This document shows positions 53,068 through 57,961 of a DNA stretch of 57,961 nucleotides, one piece after another. The stretch is from Vicugna vicugna (lineage: Eukaryota): positions 4,914-62,874 of the forward strand of contig MU057516.1 of the NCBI GenBank assembly GCA_013265495.1. Direction: 5' to 3'. Position numbers and translations under genes: made by a program. How positions within the stretch are numbered: position 1 is the stretch's first letter; each line of letters starts with the position of its first letter. The notes under the pieces are model-generated. The model saw only the letters and a list, made by a program, of their open reading frames with translations. It was not told the origin of the DNA and did no database searches.

Positions 53068-53987
53068 ATGACACAAGGAAACAGCACTGAACTGACTGAA
53101 TTCTTTCTTCAGGGATTTGGTGCCCAAATTTTGGTATGTCCTCTTCACTGTACTTTTGGTTATCTATGTGATCACCGTGGTGGGGAATAGTGGAATGATC
53201 CTGCCCATCAAGACAGATTCCAGACTTCAAACACCCATATACTTTTTCCTGCAACATTTGGCTTTTGTTGATATCTGTTACAGTTCTGCTATCACTCCCA
53301 AGATGATGCATAAATTCATGGTAGAAAACAAATCAATATCATTCAAGGGCTATGTCATGCAATTATTGGTTTATGCAACATTTGTGACCACTGACTGCTA
53401 CCTCCTGGCAGCTATGGCAGTGGACCATTACGTGGCCATCTGTAACTGACTTCGCTATCCCATAGTCATGTCCCAGAGAGTCTGCATCCAGTTGGTAGCT
53501 GGTTCATATGTCATGGGCACTATAAATGCTTCTGTGCACACAGGGTTTACATTTCAGTGTTCTTCTGAAAGGGCAACACCATCAATCACTTCTGCGATGT
53601 TCCTCCAGTCCTCACACTCTCATGCTCCAACATTGACATCAACATCATGCTACTTGTAGTCTTTGTGGGATTTAACTTGGTGTTCACTGTGTCAGTCATC
53701 ATCTGTTCCTAAACATGTATTCTGGCTGCCATCCTCAAGATGTCTTCCACTGCAGGGAGGGGAAAAGCCTTCTCCACGTGTTCCTCCCACATGACAGCAG
53801 TCACTATTTTCTGTGGGACCCTCTCTTACATGTACTTACAGCCTCATTCTAATAATTCCGAGGAGAACATGAAAGTGGCCTCTGTACTTTATGGCATTGT
53901 GATTCCCATGTTGAACCCCCTGATCTAAAGTCTGAGAAATAAGAGGTAGAAGAAGCTCTAAAAGTGACAGGGAAGAAATTCTTCTAG
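53068..53987 (+). pseudogene. Olfactory receptor pseudogene, OR5AK2/OR5AK3-like; close paralog of 30302-31184
   Basis: [20 protein letters not shown]../..[56 protein letters not shown]. Lesions: 5-bp deletion ~53128, TGA 53447-53449, 1-bp deletion ~53554, TGA 53566-53568, TAA 53710-53712, TAA 53926-53928, 1-bp deletion ~53944. Confidence 0.95.
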
Positions 53988-55164
53988 ATTGGACCCCAAG
54001 GGTTAAAATGCAGCACACCAAAGTATGCAGTAGAGATGTTTGACCGTATTTAATGTTTCTGAAATAGGGAACCTGTTCACCTCTTAAACCAGTGATACTT
54101 CCTTCAGTAGATAATTTCTTAGAATGTAATAAATACAGTGACAGCTCATGGGACTAATATTTTGGTTATATATTTTGAGAAACATATCATATACTACCCA
54201 TGAAGAAGAACTATATGGAACTTATTTCAAATATTAAGTAATATGTGTAGAATTTACAAAGTATAGTTATTACAAATATATTGTAGATACATTCTTTAAG
54301 ACTGTATTTTGCATATAATCAATATTAAAATTGAAGTTCACTATTTCCTATTCATTTAAACAAGTTCCCCAAATTATCTATGAAGTAGCTCTTTGTATGT
54401 TCTGTTCCAATTGTCTTGTATACGTGAATGCAAAATAAATGTACTGCTTTGAAAAGCACCTTATGGCTCAGGCCACTGTACTTCCTACTTACAGCACTTG
54501 AAAACACTTACTTCTCATGTGACATTGTGACTTGTTTTGTCATTAGTTACCCTCTTTATTCTGAATCCTCCCTTTTCTTGTGGAAGTTAAGTAAACTTCT
54601 AGAAATAGTTTCTATCTCTCTAATAGAAATAGAAAACATAGAATGTAAATGGATCTAAAATGGCAGTGGTCATTCATTTATGAAAGGTATACCAATCATT
54701 TTAGACCAGACAGAAAATTTTAAACTTAAAGATGCAACGAGAAATTCAAGAGGCCAAGAGCACTTTGATTCAGGAAGACAAACTGTTGACAGAAAAACTT
54801 TAGTAGATAGATTGTGGGTAAGTGATGGAAATCCTCACATAAATCTAAAGACAACATGCTAGCTAGATGAAAGATCAAGTTTCATATTAAAATAACAGCA
54901 GCCAATCTAATGAACTTGCCAGAGAATGTACTGTTAAGTAACAGCACAGGGAGAATTGGGCAAGAGAAGAATATATTTTTTTCAAGTATATTATCCTACA
55001 TAAATTCTAAGAGATCAGTTAAAATTAACCTGAAGTCTGTGCAGCATGACCATAATCTGCCCAGCAAAAGTCTAACTTTAGAAAGAAGAGATCTTGTATC
55101 CAGGGCAGATCCATGTGTCTTCAAAGACCAGGACAAGGGACAATAGCTGGAGAATCATGGAAAG

Positions 55165-55565
55165 TAGACAGAGGATTTCCAGAGACCCTAGAGGGGAAAA
55201 CTGGAGACTAATGTACAGCATGGTGACTGTAGTTAAAACACAGTGCTATATACTTGAAATTTGCTTACATAGTAAATTGTCACAGCAGGAAGTAGAGAAG
55301 GAAGGCTAGGAAGGGAGGAGAGGGGAAGGAAGGAGGAAGGAAGGATAGAAAGGGAGGAGGGGGAAAGAAAGTAAGGAAGGATAGGGAGGGAGGAGGGTGG
55401 AAGTAAGAGGAAGGAAGTAAAGGAAAGAAAGAAAACTCTAAATATGTGAGATGATGGATATTTTGAAATTAATTGTTACGATCATTTTACTATGTATATC
55501 TATATCAAAATACTAAGTATATACCTTAAGTATATACAAATGTTATCAGTTATACCTCAAGTAAA
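55165..55565 (+). mobile_element. L1MA-type 3'UTR fragment with an internal purine-rich low-complexity tract
   Basis: CTGGAGACTAATGTACAGCATGGTGACTGTAGTTAA..ATACTTGAAATTTGCT..TATGTGAGATGATGGATA..TATACCTCAA. Confidence 0.75.
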
Positions 55566-55599
55566 TTTGGGAGGGAGGTGATCAAGCAAAGAAGAACTT

Positions 55600-55995
55600 A
55601 GTGCACATTGAGAAGTCTAAGTGGCCAAATTGGAAACAGGGCACAAAGGGGAGATTTGCATAGTACTAGGCATTCAAAACCTAAGTGAAAGAAACCCCAA
55701 AAGGAAATAAACTGAATGGTAAATGGACAAAAGTAGCAAAAATCCCAGAGTCTTATGTAAGGATGAAACAGTTGATGTGGGTTCTGACATGGGAACAATA
55801 AGCAATTGTTAGCACTTGTCGAAGAGAGGCATCCCTTCTGGCATTGTGTAGAGTAGCAGTGGTCTGTTACATAATCACATATGTTTCATAAATCATCAGC
55901 TGCCTTTAAGCTGTTTGAGCCCCATCAAGACTGAGGGGAGCAGAAAATATAAACTCCTGTTTGGAGTGAACCAGTATTCTGTGCATCCATTCATG
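55600..55995 (-). pseudogene. Possible very decayed OR relic (TM3-TM6 region)
   Basis: With frameshifts, the minus strand reads in order NGC.., MIYETYVI/../RPLLLY (cf. MAYDRYVAICRPLLY), C-S-x-T-H-I-N-like, SFT*VLNA, DFSMC (cf. KAFSTC). Motif order is right but the matches are weak. Confidence 0.35.
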
Positions 55996-56125
55996 TATTT
56001 TTTTTTTTTTTGCAATTTCAAAAATTTACTGGGGGTAGTGTAGAATCACAGGGCACCTACAATTGAATCAGGTACTGACCCTAGCAAGACATTTAGGAAG
56101 CACCTAAATCACTAAAGAAAAGAAA

Positions 56126-56296
56126 NNNNNNNNNNNNNNNNNNNNNNNNNNNNNNNNNNNNNNNNNNNNNNNNNNNNNNNNNNNNNNNNNNNNNNNNNNN
56201 NNNNNNNNNNNNNNNNNNNNNNNNNNNNNNNNNNNNNNNNNNNNNNNNNNNNNNNNNNNNNNNNNNNNNNNNNNNNNNNNNNNNNNNNNNNNNNNN
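56126..56296. other. Assembly gap (N run)
   Basis: Continuous n characters. Confidence 1.
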
Positions 56297-56760
56297 TAGC
56301 AGCCTGGGAGCCAGGGAGAAACAACTGGCAGAGTAGCTAGAGGCTGAGACAGGATGAACGCTAAGCAAATATCCATGAAGTAGAAGCCCAAATCTCAACC
56401 ATTAAGAGGACACCCTCCTAAAAAGTGAAATTAGTAAAGAGTAAAAATGAATAAAATTTTGATACACACAACAACTGGGATGAATTTCCAGGGAATTAAG
56501 CTAAATTTAAAAAAAAAAGCCAAACCTCAAAGTTGTACACTGTATAGTTATAGTTATAGGACATATTTGAAATGACAAAATTTTGAAAGTTGAAGACAAA
56601 TGAATGGTTACCAGGGTTAGGGATGGAGTGAAGTAGTGTTGGATGAGGTGTAGGGTGTGTTATAAAAGAACAATACATGAGATACTTGTTTGAAACTGTT
56701 CAGTATCTTGACTGGGGTGGTGACTATAGAAATCCACATGGATCATAAAAATTTTTAGCA

Positions 56761-56852
56761 GTGGAGGGATATAGCTCAGTGAAATCCATGCATGAGATCT
56801 TAGGTTCAATCCCCAGTACCACCATTAATTAATAAATAAATAAATAAATAAA
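56761..56852 (+). mobile_element. tRNA-derived SINE, internally deleted, (TAAA)n tail
   Basis: GGAGGGATATAGCTCAGTG..GGTTCAATCCCCAGTACC + AATAAATAAATAAATAAATAAA. Confidence 0.8.
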
Positions 56853-56997
56853 TGTATAGAACTTACTACAAGCACACATACACAAATGAGTTTGGAGGAA
56901 ACTGGAGAAATCTGAATAAAATCAGTGCAATGCATTAGTGTTGATATCCTGGTTGTGATTTTATACTATAATTTTTTCAAAACCTTACTATTAGTGG

Positions 56998-57476
56998 TGT
57001 ATTAGTTTTCTATTGCTGCTATAACAAATTACCAAAAAGTTTAGTGGCTTAAAACAACACAGATTTATTATCTTAGAGTTTTGGAAGTCAGAAGTTCCAG
57101 ATGGGTCTCTAGATGAAGTGTTAGCAGGGCTGTATTTCTTTCTGAGTAAACTAGAGGAGAATCCATTTTCTTGATTTCTTTTCAGCTTTTAGAAGCCACC
57201 TGTTTTCCCTGACTTACAGCTTATTTTCTCTATCTTCAAAGCCAACATCACAGCATCTTCAAATTGCCCTCTGACTCTCACTCTTCTACACCCCTCTTCC
57301 AACTTTAGGGATTCTTAGAAAACTCAGAGTATTCTCTTGACCTCAAGGTCAGCTAATTCACACCCTTCATTCTGTCTGCAACCTTAGTTGTTCTTTGCCA
57401 CGCAGTCTAATGGGTTTAGAGATTCCAGGTGTTCATAGATGAAGATTCTTTGGGAACTGTTACTCTGCCTATCACA
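56998..57476 (-). mobile_element. MLT1C/D-like solo LTR
   Basis: TGTATTAGTTTTCTATTGCTGCTATAACAAATTACCA..TAGTGGCTTAAAACAACACAGATTTATTATCTTA...CTCTGCCTATCACA. Near-TSD AGTGG/AGAGG. Confidence 0.85.
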
Positions 57477-57589
57477 AGAGGAATCTGGGCAAACTGTACA
57501 ATGGATCTCCATCTGTTATTTCTTACAACAGCACAAAAATCTATAATCATGTCAATTATTCAATTATAAAATATTTCATGAAAATGTTT

Positions 57590-57925
57590 TTTAATCTATC
57601 CTGTGATTAACTTCATTTTGAACTGTGTAGAACTGTGTTGTATTTTCTCATACACACACGCATCATCTACCATCCTGAGCTTGCCTCTGTGATAGGGGAA
57701 GTAAAGGGCCTCTGTCAGAGATATCTTGCTCCTGACAGCTCTTATCTTTTCTTTAGGGCTCCCTCTTGCATGTACTTACAGCCTAGATCTACCAACTCTC
57801 AAGAGTAGGGAAAACATCCTTATAGTGTGGCATTATGATTCCATGTTAAATCTCCTTATCTACTGACTATGAAATGAGGAAGTAAAAGAAGTTATAAAAT
57901 CAATAAGTATTAAGTTCTTGCTTGG
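57590..57925 (+). pseudogene. Heavily decayed 3' fragment (TM5-TM7) of a family 5 olfactory receptor
   Basis: Reads with frameshifts ..FSYT..STIL.., SCMYLQPRSTNSQE*GK.., GIMI/PMLNLLIY*L*NEEVKEVIK, matching [28 protein letters not shown]. The 5' side abuts the L1MC. Confidence 0.8.
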
Positions 57926-57961
57926 GCATAAATCTAACACTGAGTGCCAGAGAAATCCAAG

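Larger units (their letters stand above)
56430..57575 (+). mobile_element. L1MC-like 3' end carrying a nested SINE and MLT1
   Basis: GATACACACAACAACTGGGATGAATTTCCAGGGAATTA..TGAAATGACAAAATT..AAACTGGAGAAATCTGAATAA..GATATCCTGGTTGTGAT; resumes after the MLT1 with GGATCTCCATCTGTTATTTCTTACAAC. Confidence 0.8.

Overview
Mammalian genomic DNA (draft assembly with four N gaps). The young tRNA-derived SINEs and L1 3' tails look camelid-like (inference). The right half (30-58 kb) is a class II olfactory receptor cluster of the OR5AK subfamily: three near-full-length + strand genes, all with disabling lesions as assembled, two much older OR relics, and two paralogous OR promoter/non-coding first exons. 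The left half is mostly transposon-derived. It holds one intact, splice-site-flanked 102-nt exon of a FADS2B-type fatty acid desaturase (His-box HDLGH) with no other exons visible, and a CpG island with no recognisable gene. FADS2B next to OR5AK genes matches the synteny I recall for human 11q12.1 and mouse chr2. No intact protein-coding gene is seen. Most notable: the orphan desaturase exon, a probable gene-conversion tract that shared inactivating mutations between two OR pseudogenes 23 kb apart, the orphan CpG island, and a probable L1-mediated 3' transduction. All repeat-family names and identities are by eye, not from searches.
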